Assembly: GCA_038496445.1 (NCBI GenBank)
Contig: JALMLS010000641.1
Coordinates: 1-64,000, forward strand
Direction: 5' to 3'
Origin: Trichosphaerium sp. ATCC 40318
Lineage: Eukaryota > Protista > Tubulinea
Length of the DNA stretch: 64,000 nucleotides
The notes under the pieces were generated by a model, which was given only the letters and a program-made list of their open reading frames with translations, was not told the DNA's origin and did not search any database. Both the position numbers and the translations under genes were made by a program. Positions 26,401 to 39,177 of this stretch are shown here, piece after piece (position 1 is the first letter of the stretch; each line of letters opens with the position of its first letter).

Positions 26401-27102
26401 GAGCAAGAACGCAAAAGGTGCCTTGTTATTCGCAGTGTACAGGCGAGTCAGACAGAAAGCGAAAAAGATGTTATTAACTTTCACTGTAGAGGAAAAGTTA
26501 GTGAAGGTTTGGACTTTACTGATGAATATGCTAGAGCTGTTATAGCTGTTGGTATACCATACCCACAACAGTACGTGTAGAGGTGTTATACTATGAGAAG
26601 ACTAACAGTAGATTAATAGAGCTGACTTGCAAGTCAAACTAAAACGACAGTATAATGAACGCAAAAAAGGACAAAATCGGATAAGTGGTTCTGAATGGTA
26701 TGGCCTTCAGGCCTGGCGTGCTTTGAACCAAGGTACTGAATCAAAACATTTAATGTACATACTCTTATTACCGCTTAGCCATTGGACGTTGTTTACGGCA
26801 TATCAACGACTACGGAGCTATTTTATTGCTAGGTATAGCTTGTTGTCAGATACTATGTTTTGTATCTCATTTTTTTCTTTATAGACCAGCGTTTTGCTCA
26901 AGCATATAATTTGAAGCATTTACCTACTTGGGTACAAAAGACTGTTCAAGTATGTAACTCCCCAGAGGTTGTTCGAGCAAAGACTAGTGCTTTCTTTGAG
27001 GGAAGGCGTAGACCGGTAGTTAGGAGGACTGTTAGAGCACCGACAAGAAATATTAAATCAACATCACGTGATAATCAACGTAAACTTGACAGTTTCTTTT
27101 AA
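23411..27102 (+). CDS. BRIP1: FANCJ/BRIP1-like Fe-S DEAH DNA helicase with a C-terminal PIP box (multi-exon)
   Basis: [39 protein letters not shown], four Fe-S cysteines, DEAH|NIED, AVYR|[14 protein letters not shown]|AIGRCLRH; ends QRKLDSFF*. Confidence 0.9.
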
Positions 27103-27449
27103 ACACTCCTAAAACTTCCAAAACAAAAATTATCCATCAAAACTGATGGTATAAATATATCCTTGTAATATAGTTCACTAAGGTCACCATTCATTGTTGG
27201 TCTTGTACAATAAAAATAAAAACTTTTTTTTTGTATTCTTCTAACTCAGAGTGATATTTGACTTTCGAGATCACTCGTGGATATTTTTCTCAATTGAAAA
27301 AGATCTCCTGCATTTGACGTTACTACTCCTACAATTTGGGTAATGGTGGAAACAATTATTGTATATGACTTCAGTTGACTTTCATTGAATAGTTGTTAAG
27401 GTGCTGGTGATTTTAGTTCATCAAATAGTTTCAATCACCAACGACAAAG

Positions 27450-28271
27450 ATGCATCAACGCACGCGAATATCCAAAGATAACAAATCAGCCAATAATAAC
27501 AGTAAAACCCAAGCAGCAGTGGCACGAAGGCTCATGCGTTATCGTCAGAGACAAAGACTCGAGAACACTTTACATAACCGTACCAATGCGCTGTGTATAC
27601 ACTCAGGACAATTGCAATCGATAAAACAGACAAGTCAATCAAGAAACATAAATATCGAAACAAACGACTCTTCTATCATCTTGCGTGTACCTAAAGAAAA
27701 GGCAATACGTCTAAAGAGTATGTTTAAAGAAGGAACGATTATGATAAGTCCAAACTATGAAATAGGCTCCGGACAAGGCTCAGTCGGTACACAGTTTGCT
27801 AGTTGTGTTCTAAGACTAAAGCCAGCCAACACAAAACGAATGCACATTATAAAATTTACTTCCGAAAAAATTAGCGCAAACTATTGCCCACGTGATGATA
27901 TTGACTTTTTCTTCGCCGTTAACCTGCTTGCAACTATCAGTAAACATCAAGGGGCTCATGGGATAGCAAAAAAGAGACAAAGAGACGAGATGTGGAGAAA
28001 TAATCAATCAATGAAGAAAAGGCGTATTTCTCCTTCTAACGCCGAAGCAAAGGATCCACAGGTTCTTAGTGTATGTTATAATCAACGTAAAGTCGGTTTT
28101 CGTCTTTGGCCGGGTTGCGCAGTACGAGATGTAAAGACGAGTATCACGCGGTACTCTTTATTCGGCTCTGATTTAAACTATCAATACAGTCGTCTTGAAG
28201 ATGCATTTGGAACTGCTTTAAATGACGATACGCCAATATCAGAGTCTTGCGAACTATACCTTTGTCTCTGA
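27450..28271 (+). CDS. Hypothetical intronless nuclear protein (bipartite NLS-like KKRQR..KKRR; C-terminal ubiquitin/PB1-like segment)
   Basis: 273-aa ORF with ATG in A-rich context; no family recognised. Confidence 0.6.
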   Translation: MHQRTRISKDNKSANNNSKTQAAVARRLMRYRQRQRLENTLHNRTNALCIHSGQLQSIKQTSQSRNINIETNDSSIILRVPKEKAIRLKSMFKEGTIMISPNYEIGSGQGSVGTQFASCVLRLKPANTKRMHIIKFTSEKISANYCPRDDIDFFFAVNLLATISKHQGAHGIAKKRQRDEMWRNNQSMKKRRISPSNAEAKDPQVLSVCYNQRKVGFRLWPGCAVRDVKTSITRYSLFGSDLNYQYSRLEDAFGTALNDDTPISESCELYLCL

Positions 28272-28301
28272 GAATGATCAATCAATCATCTATTTATTCA
28301 A

Positions 28302-28799
28302 TCAAAGTGATCGGCTTCCACTCGGCGGTATTATTTCATATTTGATTGGGGTTAAGACTACAAAAGCAATGTAGTTTTCTGTAAATAAACTTTTTAAAGT
28401 TAAGTTCCTGGGTTCCTGGACCACTATAGGACCTAGTCTAGAAAACCGTAATATGTTCACCCAAATACTGTCGTATTTTCTAGGAAACTCAAATAAAATC
28501 CGCCTAAAGTTGACTTTGTTGTGGAGGTAGGAATTGTTCAAGGAATACGTGTTACTACGTAGAGGATTTATCAGTTTTACTTTTACATTCAATACCATCT
28601 GATATTTCCTTGAGTCGTTTTGCAAGTTAAATAAGTTGGAGAAAACTTTTAGAAAAAGCGTTGGGTTGCTTGTTACAACGTTTTTCTGAAGCAACCGATC
28701 TAGTCACGACAACGAATAATATTATTAGCCCTGCAACAAAACAACAATCGTGTTCCAAATCCGATATCAGTTCGTGATCTACCAGAGATATTGACGCAT
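28302..28799 (-). CDS. Hypothetical small protein; 5' structure unresolved
   Basis: 130-codon open frame 28302-28694 plus an upstream hydrophobic segment in another frame; cannot be spliced cleanly. Confidence 0.3.
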
Positions 28800-28979
28800 G
28801 TTCGGAGTTATTCAAACAACAAACTTTTTGTAGGCGCTAGTAGAATTTTGTTCGCTAATCACGTGATTTTAGAACTCGACTTTAATAAAATCCACAACTT
28901 GAGAATTAAGCACATATCAAGACAATAGTAATAACATAAATAAATACAAGAAAACTAAAGAAAAGAAATAATAATAAAT

Positions 28980-30972
28980 TTACATTGGTATGCTGACTAA
29001 TGTTTTATCAGGCCTGTATATATCTCTAATAAAGATCGCTCCATGCTTTCCTGATTTACTCTTATAATGACAAATCCCATCGGCTGAAATATGAGATATA
29101 TGAAGCTGTTCACCATATTCAACAAGTTTACCTTGCATAACAGCAACAGCTCTAAAAAACAGAAAAAAATCAGAAAAAAAACAACTAAGCGAGTTGCTCA
29201 AAATACAAACTCCACAAAAGCACTTTTTATGATTTGTTGATACGTATGCACTTGCATAAGGTTCTTTTGTCGAAAAAAGGATGTAGTAGCGTTTTTTATA
29301 GACATGGGATACGTACTTGAAGTCTTTTTCTGTTGACCAATCTAACGAACACTCCCAATGTCGATTTGAAAGTTTGTCAATCTTTGGAGGAGCTGTCCAA
29401 CATTCTATCTTGCTACATACGCCGTACATCATGCGTATTAGTTTAGCAGCATCAACAGCTGGGCTAGAATGTAAGTGGGTAGCAACACCTTCGCAACAAG
29501 CTCTTTGAAAGACTCCTGGATTTTTTTCATATCTAACACGATGTGGTTAGTTTCTTTCTTTTGAGCTTTTTGTATGTACGCTTTTGGCCAATTATTATTC
29601 ATTACACCTCCTGGTAGTAATGCAATATGGTGGAAAAACCGTCTAAACGAGATGAGTAAATAAAGAGTAAGGCAAAAAAGATGAAAAAAGACCATTAAAA
29701 CAGATACCTACCGTTCGGCTAGCCACACTAATTTTATTGTCTGCATCCATAATCCAAACGTTACATCATCATTAATAAACATTCGTAGTTTGTCCTTGTT
29801 CTCTAAAAAACGGGTCAAATCACGTGACACTAGTCGTAGAGTGAAGAAAATTAACCAAGGCAATAATTACATATTTTCAAGAGCCTTGAGACTTTTAAGA
29901 TTTACCCGTACCCCATATGTATATAGCAATATCACGTGAAAATCCCCAACCATATCCAGACATATACGGATGGTAAACATTCTTACAAACATCATATTCA
30001 TTATCACTGTTTTTATGTCCTGTACGAAGTACTCTTGACCTGGCTACTGTTGCTCCATGAAATATCCGAGGAGCATCAGGAGCCATATCAAGGTACGTAT
30101 GACATAATTTCTTTGTATCCAGATACGTATCATCGCTTGACTTAAAGTAAAACCTAAAGAGAAAAAACATGAGCTCCTTTAAAGCTGACAATAAACGGGC
30201 AAAATCACATTGGGTTTTGAGTTTTTAGCACTATGTCTATCCAAGAATGAAGCTTGACATTCATGTCCACCCCATATAGATTAGTTGCATCTTCCAGAAG
30301 TAACATATCGCCTAAGTTTTACTTGAGAATCTCAACCATTGAATAAAAAATCGATGGTCTTTCTGTTACAAAAGGTCACGTACCGAACTCGTTCTGCTCT
30401 TGTTGAAGAGACTGTATAGTTGATGCAGCAAGACCTTGTGTACCAATAAGGAATTTAGTAGACACTGTACACCACAGGTGTCTTTTTTCACTATAATAAG
30501 CGCGTTCCAGGTTTCTAACAAGCTTATAAGTCTTCCCAATACAAATACAGTTTTTCGAGTTTAAATCGCACCCATGACTTTTTGCCCACGTTTCTCGTAT
30601 AGCGTCACGCCTTTTTTTTCCTTTTAGGTCTAAATGACACGTGATTAATAAATAAAATGCCAAAGGTTGTTAATACGTTGTTAGGTACCTGTAGTAGTGA
30701 ATACACCTACAGCTATAACAGGTTCGCTGCCATTTGACGAAAAATTTGATTTACGCTTTTCTAATGGTTTAACGCATTCTGTCTCCATATGTGCGATTGC
30801 TTGGGATGTACGAAGAGTAATGTCACGTTCTTGAAAGCTATGTAATTGGAAGAGCGTAGAAAAGAGCACCCCAGCCTAGTTTTGAGCACGTGAATAAAGG
30901 TTGAAGAGTTTATAATACCCAAAAGATGAAACCGCAAACTATAAGCCGTTTACAGTTAACAACAGTGATCAT
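28980..30972 (-). CDS. GT31 beta-1,3-galactosyltransferase-like type II membrane protein with a C-terminal extension (multi-exon)
   Basis: N-terminal signal anchor; RRDAIRETW, KFLIG, EQNEFG|DMLLL, FYFKSSDDTY, YMSGYGWGFSRDIA, DDVTFGLW. Confidence 0.8.
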
Positions 30973-31122
30973 CGTTTTTGATCGTTACTGGTGACAAATA
31001 GGAGCTTCAACGTGGTACAACAAAAAAAAATCCGAAGTCCAAAAAAATCTTGAGTGCCTTAACAAAGAATACGCGATTACTTAATTTGTACTCAAAGGTC
31101 TATCCGTTAACCTCGTCAAATC

Positions 31123-32620
31123 ATGTATTTACCTTGTGTTTCTGTTGATCAAGCGATCACATACTACAGGAAGAACCACAAAGACGAATTCAATAAAATT
31201 ATTGCAAAGCAACCTGAAACATTCGTAAAACGACTTGAAACAATCTTAAACGCTTCAACTACGAGCCTTGTACAACAACTTGACAAGTATCTATCCAAGA
31301 ACATCGGTACAGCCGTTAGTGCAACCATACACCCCGAAGTACATTCCAGGGGCACAGCAATGCTAAAACAACTCTCAACGCTTTCAGAAGACATGGTGTT
31401 ACCAAATCTCAAGCAAACACTACAGTACGTACTCACTGCACACTCATTTTACTAAAGATGGTCAATAAGAGCACAACCAATACCACACAACACGCCAAAT
31501 ATACTTAGTTTTCCTCCAGAAGTTATTTCAGCTATCTTGCATCATACAGATGCAAAACAAAGATTTGCTATTGCTCAGTCATGTCAGTTGATGTCTGATA
31601 TCATCCACGATGTTGTTGGATAAAAAGGTGTATATTTATGACATCCCAGATATCTTACAAGTAAGACAGTACAAGGGTGTCATGAACAACACAAAAATAG
31701 TTTTGAATGTTGAAAACAATACTCTTTATTCACTATTGTCTGGGTGTAACAACCTTGATACAAACTTCCTTAGAAGTACAGCTGAGTTGCATAAGAAAAG
31801 CAGTGTTATCAACGATCACGATCTAAAGGCACTTGCAGGTATCCATTCCATAAACCTCACTTGTTGTAAACATATGACAGATGAAGGTATCAAGGCATTG
31901 AAAGGTGTACACACTATTGACCTTTCTCGGACTATAGTGTCAGATGATGGAATCAAAGCACTTGCAGGAGTTCATACAATAAACCTTGAAGAGTGCAAAA
32001 ATATTACAGATGAAGGTATCAAAGAATTGAAAGGAGTTCATGATATTAACCTGTCTTGGACATCAGTAACAGATGACGGTATCACAGAATTAAAGGGAGC
32101 TCATAGAATTGTTCTTTCAGGCACTTCAGTGACCGATAAAGGTATTAAAACACTGAAGGGTGTTCATACTATTTATGTCAACAGAACGGCAGTGACAGAT
32201 GAGGGAATCAAAGCTATGACAGGTGTTAAGGTTATTCATGTTGGAAGGACATCAGTAACTGATGAAGGTATCAAAGCACTGAGAGGTGTCCATATCATTG
32301 ATCTCTCCAGTACTGCAGTGACAGATAAAGGTATAAAAGCACTTGCAGGAGTTTATGCTATCAACCTTAAGCGCACTTCAGTTACAGATGAAGGTATCAA
32401 AGCACTTATGGGTGTTCACACCATTGGTGTCAGCGATTGTGAACACCTGACACGTGAAGGTATTAACTCGCTAAGACCTGATCTTTATGCCGTTGATGTA
32501 CATTGTTTCAGTTCAAATGAAGAAGCATTGTATGAAGTATGTGCTAAGCAAGTTGATTATTATATATTTTTTATAGAAGAGTGTTTGAACGTTTTTAACG
32601 GAACCCCGGGTTATTTTTAG
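31123..32620 (+). pseudogene. N-terminal domain + F-box + leucine-rich repeats (GIKAL.GVH.I.LS.T.VTDE type), frameshifted at about 31615
   Basis: A 33-nt intron joins ORF 31123 to PNILSFPPEVISAILHH...SCQLMSDIIHDVVG* (F-box); LRR ORF 31610-32620 is in a different frame. Confidence 0.7.
31820..32470 (+). repeat. About 10 tandem 63-66 bp LRR-coding repeats
   Basis: Recurrent acagatgaaggtatcaaagcact...gttcat units in DNA and protein. Confidence 0.85.
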
Positions 32621-32832
32621 TTCTCTGAACTTATTACAAATAAAAACTGTTGGTTTATTGGTTAAGTTAACAGGTATGAATACAACATACTCTTTTTATT
32701 CTTAACGCGGTAGCATTTGGTTAAGTGCATCACTGTCCTATTACTATTTTGCTTTTTCATCTTCGTCATTTGTGCTCGTATATGTTGTTGTGTGCACGTT
32801 GTTGACATACTTATAATGCTTGACCAAATTTC

Positions 32833-33890
32833 CTAGCGGAGACCAAACCTTGAAGTCTCTTGTTTGCCAGCCTTGTAATAGGACAATACTTTTAACTGAC
32901 CATTTGTATGAAACGACTTAAACTCTCCTTCCAGCTTGCCACCAACGGCAAAGGACTGAAGCCGAATTGTTCCATTTTCGTACCAAATCTTAAGCTGGCC
33001 TTCGCGCACGTGGTTCACATGTTTAAACTCCTGGCTTAAGGCACCATTTTCATGATAGATTGTACACGGTCCGTCATACATTCCATTAGTAAACCATCTT
33101 TGCACCTGCAATTGTCCGGTTTTATACCATTTCTTTATCTCTCCATGTTTCAAGTTATTAACTAAAGTTCCGCTTTCAGCCTGTAGGCCGTTTTCATGCC
33201 ATACCTTGTACTCAATCGTGTTCTCTCCCTTGAAAAGGTGATGACGTGAGCGTTTGCCGTTTTCGAAAAACATCTCATTCTCTCCAACAGGCTTCCCGTT
33301 GTCCCAAACACCTTCTTGCTTTAGAACACCACTGTCGTAGTACATCTCGTAGACCCCATGCTGTTTCCCGTCGATGTATCCACCATTTTGCTGAGGGTAA
33401 CCGTTTTCATGCCAGCTGTTAAATTGACCGTTGAGTATTCCATTGAAATAGTTACGCCACTCGTTGATAGCACCAGAAGGATACCACGATGTAGTTGCTC
33501 CATGGAGTTTACCATTACGATACATAGACTTCTGTGCTAGTATACCATTGTCATACATCCACTTGCACTCCCGCTCGTTTGTCATCTTGATAGATTAGTA
33601 GCTCCTTCTCTTTACCATTGGTGTGCCACTTTCTCCATTTGCCCTTTTTTTCTAGCTCGCTGTTGTATCTTGTACTGGTTGCTGCTAACTTACTCAATAC
33701 CGGCCAATTGTGATAGATGCAACGACTTTTATCTAGATTGATTATATCGCTTATTACTTTGCTAGGTAATTGTAGCAAATTGGGTGCCAGATTTGATTGA
33801 TTTTCAGGTTTTTTTAACTACATTTGTTGTTAGAAAATGATTGATTCTTTTTCAAACCTAGCGTACCTTTTTACGTAGTGGAAGTTCCAT
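32833..33890 (-). pseudogene. F-box-like + about 11 MORN-variant repeats, frameshifted (apparent AG deletion) at about 33570
   Basis: MELPLRKK|LKKPENQSNLAPNLLQLPSKVISDII...WPVLSKL...KKGKW...YQDDKRAG then ECKWMYDNG in another frame; restoring GGA-GAG-TGC gives the regular 24-aa repeat period. Confidence 0.75.
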
Positions 33891-34380
33891 GTGGTACGAG
33901 TTAACCGCTAGCTTTTCTATCTGTTGTTGTGGCCTTTGTTGTTGAAGTTGAATAATATTAAGTAATAAATTCAAACAACTTCAATAGGGTGAAAAAGACT
34001 CAGACACAAGCTAATCAATCAGATCTGTGAACCGGGTATTCATCAGTCCAAATAACAAGTTTTCATATACTTCTCAAGAATGACGAATAGTACTTGTATG
34101 CTACATACATAGTTTACAGATTATAGACCATCTTGTACTATTCAATCAAAAAGAAAAAAAACCACTGTGTAATACTGAACAACTGACGGATTGCGTGGAG
34201 CAAAAATCAGCGGTTCCTCTGATCAATCCAGCTCCTACAAAGCTACAGCCTATGGTTACATAGTTTACACTGCATTGTTCCATTCTCATTGAACAGTTGT
34301 GCAATAAAATGGTGTTCTGCATATTTTAGCCGGAGTACTTTGTAAAACACAAACTATAATGCGAAAAGAAGACAATCTCG

Positions 34381-37300
34381 CTATCTACGTTGTTTATTGT
34401 TATTATTATTTCTTCTATTTCTTCCACGTCTTTTTTTTTTAGTTCTTTTAAGGACATGGTTAAAGTTATACTTGCTATGCATTAACAACTCATTAAACAC
34501 TTCATCCTTTGCAAGCTTTAAAACGAGAGTCTCATTTTGAATATTCTTCATTTGTAGACCTCTCTGAGGAGCATTGAAAGGAGATATAAGCCTATAAAAC
34601 AATAAGTTCAGAATATAAAGAGGAAAATGTGCCAAATGCTTTCTGTCTAGTACCCTTGGCTACTGATTGGTGCAGGCTGGTATGGAGGTGGTGAAGACGA
34701 TGCATTGCTGACCCAGGTAGACTCTTGGTACTCCCCAGCTTCCTTCCAGTTAGCCATGCGTCTAGAGCGTTCAGATTGAAGCCGTTGAATGTCATGCATT
34801 GACATGTTATTCGCTGTTGAGCCATTTTTTGCCGACCACACAACGCTACTACGAAAAAAATAGTGAACAAACACGGTCAAACATATTTTGAAAGCTAGTA
34901 ATGCCAGAAGGTAGAAAACGTGTAAAGAAAATGACAAAGACTTACTTTTGTTGCTTAGGCTGTGCAAGAGATAGTGATCTTCCTCTTCTATTCTTCTTCT
35001 TACGGTTCTGAGGCGTTGCATGTCTTTGCTGATTTTTAATAGGGAAACTTGTTGATTGCTTCGGTTTAGGCTTATTATTTTGACCAGAGAGCGACGGCCA
35101 TGAATTATTAGGCACACTTGATGTTGAATGTGAAAGAGAAGGCCAAGACCCGTTGGCGCTTGGTTGACGAGTCCGTGGCGCACTGCCGTTGCTAGTTACT
35201 TTACCACGTGTAGGAGAAGGCTTAAGATTGCTTCCAGTACGCTTTCTACCATTGTTACGCTTAGGAGAACTCTTGATTGGTTTGGGCTTCGAAGAGCTTT
35301 TAGGAGACGTTAAAGGTCGGTTCTGTTGTTGCTGTTTTGATCGTTTTGGTGAAGAGCCTAACGTTGGCCACGCGTTTGTCTTATTGTGTCCATTGACGCT
35401 TTTCTTGGGAGACATACTATTGCTAAGGGAAGGCCAAGAACCCTTCTTTGCAGCGACGCCAGGTCTAGATTGCTGGCGACGAGATTGTTGATTCTTGTTT
35501 TGAGGGGTTTTTGGCGTTTGCTTCCTTGATGGCTGACTCTTAGCTTGCTTAGGTGGAGCATTTTGAGAGCATCGGGGCTTGTTATAAGGTACATGTCTTG
35601 AAGCTGGCTTTGATGGTTCATACGACTTTGTTCTCTTGCGATGTTTGTTATTCATCGAACCTTTCTTTGGTGATGCTTTTTTAGCAATACTAGAGGATTT
35701 TGAAGCATGTGGTACGTTTATCTTGTTATAGTTCGATGAAACCATTGTTCCTCCGGGTACTGAAGGCTTTGAACTACGAATAGGTGTTGAAGGTGTAGGT
35801 TTCTTTGTTACCTTTTGTTTATGAGGTAAGAACTGATGTTTAGGTTTTGTAGTATCAGCATTGCTATCAATGTAGGCTTGTAAACCAATAATATTAGAAG
35901 CAGAAGGACGAACACCCATGTTTAGCATAACTTCAAGGTTATCCGCTTGATACTTCAACAAGGCGTTTTCTAAATCGGCGAGTTCAAGTTGTTGAGCGAC
36001 ATCGTAGAGGTCAGACACCATAGAGAGCTTAATGCCAGAACAGATTGCTTTCTGAAGAAAGGTAGCAAGCTAAATAAAACATACGATAAGCGCCAACAAT
36101 ACAGCAAACAGTGCATCAGTGAGAGCAGTATTTTGACGAAAAACAAACGACAACACGTGCAAAAGGGCGTACACAAGTTGAATTCATGACCAGGAGATAA
36201 GACGCTACCGCTAGAATATCAACAAGCTCAACAATTTGCTTTCCATCGAGTGCTGGCTTTTCTTCTGTGTAAAGGTACTGTAATATCGTATGTATACTCT
36301 CTGGCGATGCTTCAAGGTTGATCTCTGACAAAGAGCTCTATAAAGCATTGTTAGAACCCAGTCCATCAGTGCGAGAAGAGTGAATATTTGAATTACAAAA
36401 CATTGGTTACCTCTTGCCATGATTGACACAACATGGCGTTAAAAAAGTCCGAACGGCATGATAGAAACACACGGGAACACATAAACCTCTTGGAACCTGT
36501 CACAAGTGAAATATCACAAAATTCATCCATCTTTGTTTGAGTTTTGTTGCCTAGTTTTTTCTTTAGGCTAGTTTGGTTAAAATATACTCTCATACTCATT
36601 GGTTTAGGTGATAAAGTCTTCCACCATTCAGATATGGCTTTGTTTCGTATAGGTTTTGCTCTTACTGTGAATTTATCGCGGTTCCACGAGGCATATTCAA
36701 GCGGAAACGAAAAGCGTTCCATTATCTTTATCAAAGACTCCATTGATTTTATATCATGAAGTGCTAAGCCATTTGCACCATACAATAGAGATATGAACTC
36801 GTCCACGACATCAAACTCGTCACAAGGTAGAGCTGAATAACAGAAACTTTAATACAAAGTAAAAACCCAAAAAAGAAACATACCTATCTTGCTTGAACTG
36901 CGGATCATATCACGTAGGTCTGGAAGCCATGATACTACTTCTTTGTGTACACCAACTATTAAAGAATAATATGAGATGATTTAAACGTAAATGGTACAAG
37001 TTGTACCTTCATGACCTTCACAAGTGAAAAACGCATTGTGAGGTATTATTGGGTTTTTATCTAACGCTTTGATATCCGAAACTAGCCATCTTAGACTACT
37101 TTCATCCAACTCTTGACATAACTCACACTTAGTGATACGTGGTACCAAAGCTAAGTGATGATGCTAAAGAAACAGTATCAGAAAAGAAGCTCCAAACTAC
37201 AACGCAAAAAAAAAGCGTACATCTGAAGCAACAATATTTTTAACACGAAGTCTCATCTTATACTTTTGAGCAACAATAACATTTCCATAACTGACTTCCT

Positions 37301-39177
37301 TAGGATCCCAGTAATATACCATACCATTTTGCATAACAGCAAAGTACTTTGATTCTCCATAATTAGATATCTTATGAGCCTTTCCAGGTACAATAACCAT
37401 TTTAAGACACTTGAAAAGAAGAAATAAGAAAAAAACATAAAAATTATCGATACAAAATCTATAACACCACTGCGTAGACTTCTTCATAGTTGATAACGTA
37501 CATCTTGTTTTATCTTACGAGATACATTAGTTGATCCATCTTTTGTAGGGAAAACATATGAGTAAACATGATGTGTCTTGAGGAGAAAAGCAATAGATGT
37601 TTCGTTGACGCAAGCTTCAACAGGTATGCGATTGAATACATCAGCATTGAAAGCATTTTTCCTTCTACCAAAATCCAACCTTAGAGGATTAGGTGAATGC
37701 ATACCACGACCTACGTAAATACAGTAAGAACTCTCGAAGTGAGAAATCTCAACAACAAACGAACCTAGTATAAATATATCGCCTGTAGACGCCAAAGCAC
37801 AACAATAAGATGCGCAACTTGCTACACTTGCTATATCTAAGCCTATTGGGACTTTTCGTGGATTGTTCTCCGATTGAAATGAATGAGAACCTAAGAACAT
37901 TGTCAATATTATTCAATGAAAAAACTTGGCAAGCCATTGAGATAGCATGCAACTTTCGGCGTTTTATAGCGTACCCAATTGTCCATTTTCTCCATTTCCC
38001 CATGCATACAAGTGATGATCACGATCCAAAGCGTAGTACGTTGTCTTTAAGCTTATATTTCCTGAAGATATTTTTTTACCATAACTATCATGTGTCGCAA
38101 CAGAAGAAGTAGCAACAGATAATTGAGTTGCATGTTGTAATGGTGTAGACTTCAACCAAGGTACTTGACCAGAAGGGTACAAATAACCCTTAACACAGTC
38201 CTTACTTATTACTGATAACGTTACATTCTGTGCTGCTGCAACTGCTGATACATGTGTGGTGAGCTTTTGAGGGATAGTAATCTAATAAAGAAACTACATA
38301 AGCAACAAGGTCTTCGAAACAAAAAAACAACTTTTTTAGTTGCAAATGTTGCTTTAAATTAAAAAAAGGTCTTCATGTCTTACCGGTGATCTTTTACGAT
38401 CAGCAAGGCCCCACACCCATAGGGTAGAGTCTTTTGTTAGTGCCCAAGAGTGACATTTGGAGCAACCGATTTTTTCAATTGACGTTTGCCCGAACCAGCG
38501 CTTTGGCATTTTTGAAGGTACTTTAGACTGAGTATGCGAACCGCTAGGGCACCGATTAGATACGCGTGACATACTCTACAAGAAGGAACCTATATTATTG
38601 ACGTACACAGTGAAATAGTGTGAGTGTCCCCATGTGAATACGTCAGCGTCGCTTTCTTTCTTCTTCTCCCAAAGATCAAGTTTTTCGGCTACAGTTATAT
38701 TGTTAGTAAGTAATAGTGTAGCGTGATTTGTTACCACATACCTATTATATCGGCTGGCGTTAGCTGTGCAGTCACTAATTTTTTTTGGTCTTTCCAACAT
38801 ACTAAACGCTGTTATATAGATGAATAGTACTTATTGGTGGCGTACCTGACGCGTCTTTATGTGCGTCGTGCCCGAGATTCACCAAACTAAGTAACGCGTC
38901 TATACGACCTTGGTTGGCACACCTTTAGCGTCGTTAACTAAGTTGAAGGCGTTAAAGCGTACCAATGTGCTAACGACCAATCAGAATCTTTGTAATTAGC
39001 GTCATCACTCGCTGCTCTCTCCACAATCTCCTTCACCTATCGTTTTTGAGAATTTCGCCGCATATTTGCGTGAATTACCTTTGTGAAGTCATCGTGCGCG
39101 AGAGCAGCGCTAATTTGATCTAAACATTTGTAGACATTCTCGGGTGCAACTACAGAGACATTTTTTGTTTTTTGCAT
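34381..39177 (-). CDS. Ankyrin-RCC1-BTB protein with a long basic disordered C-terminus (IBtk/Btb1-like CUL3 adaptor; multi-exon)
   Basis: WSLAHW|CANQG (ankyrin), DVFTWG, LWVWG, LYAWGNGENGQLG (RCC1), FCDISLVTGSKRFMCSRVFLSCRSDFFNAML...ILQYLYT (BTB), repeated WPSL motifs. Confidence 0.8.

Noticed and set aside
28698-28705. Same GACTAGAT 8-mer at a stop rescued by a -1 shift as at the 13492-13499 frameshift, suggesting a recoding or C-insertion editing signal
   Set aside because: An 8-mer is expected by chance in 64 kb, it also occurs in-frame in a normal exon near 270, the gene model here is unresolved, and the other two frameshifts have different sequences and sign
31820-32470. Regularly spaced repeats that could look like a CRISPR array
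   Set aside because: Degenerate in-frame LRR-coding repeats with no unique spacers, in a eukaryotic context
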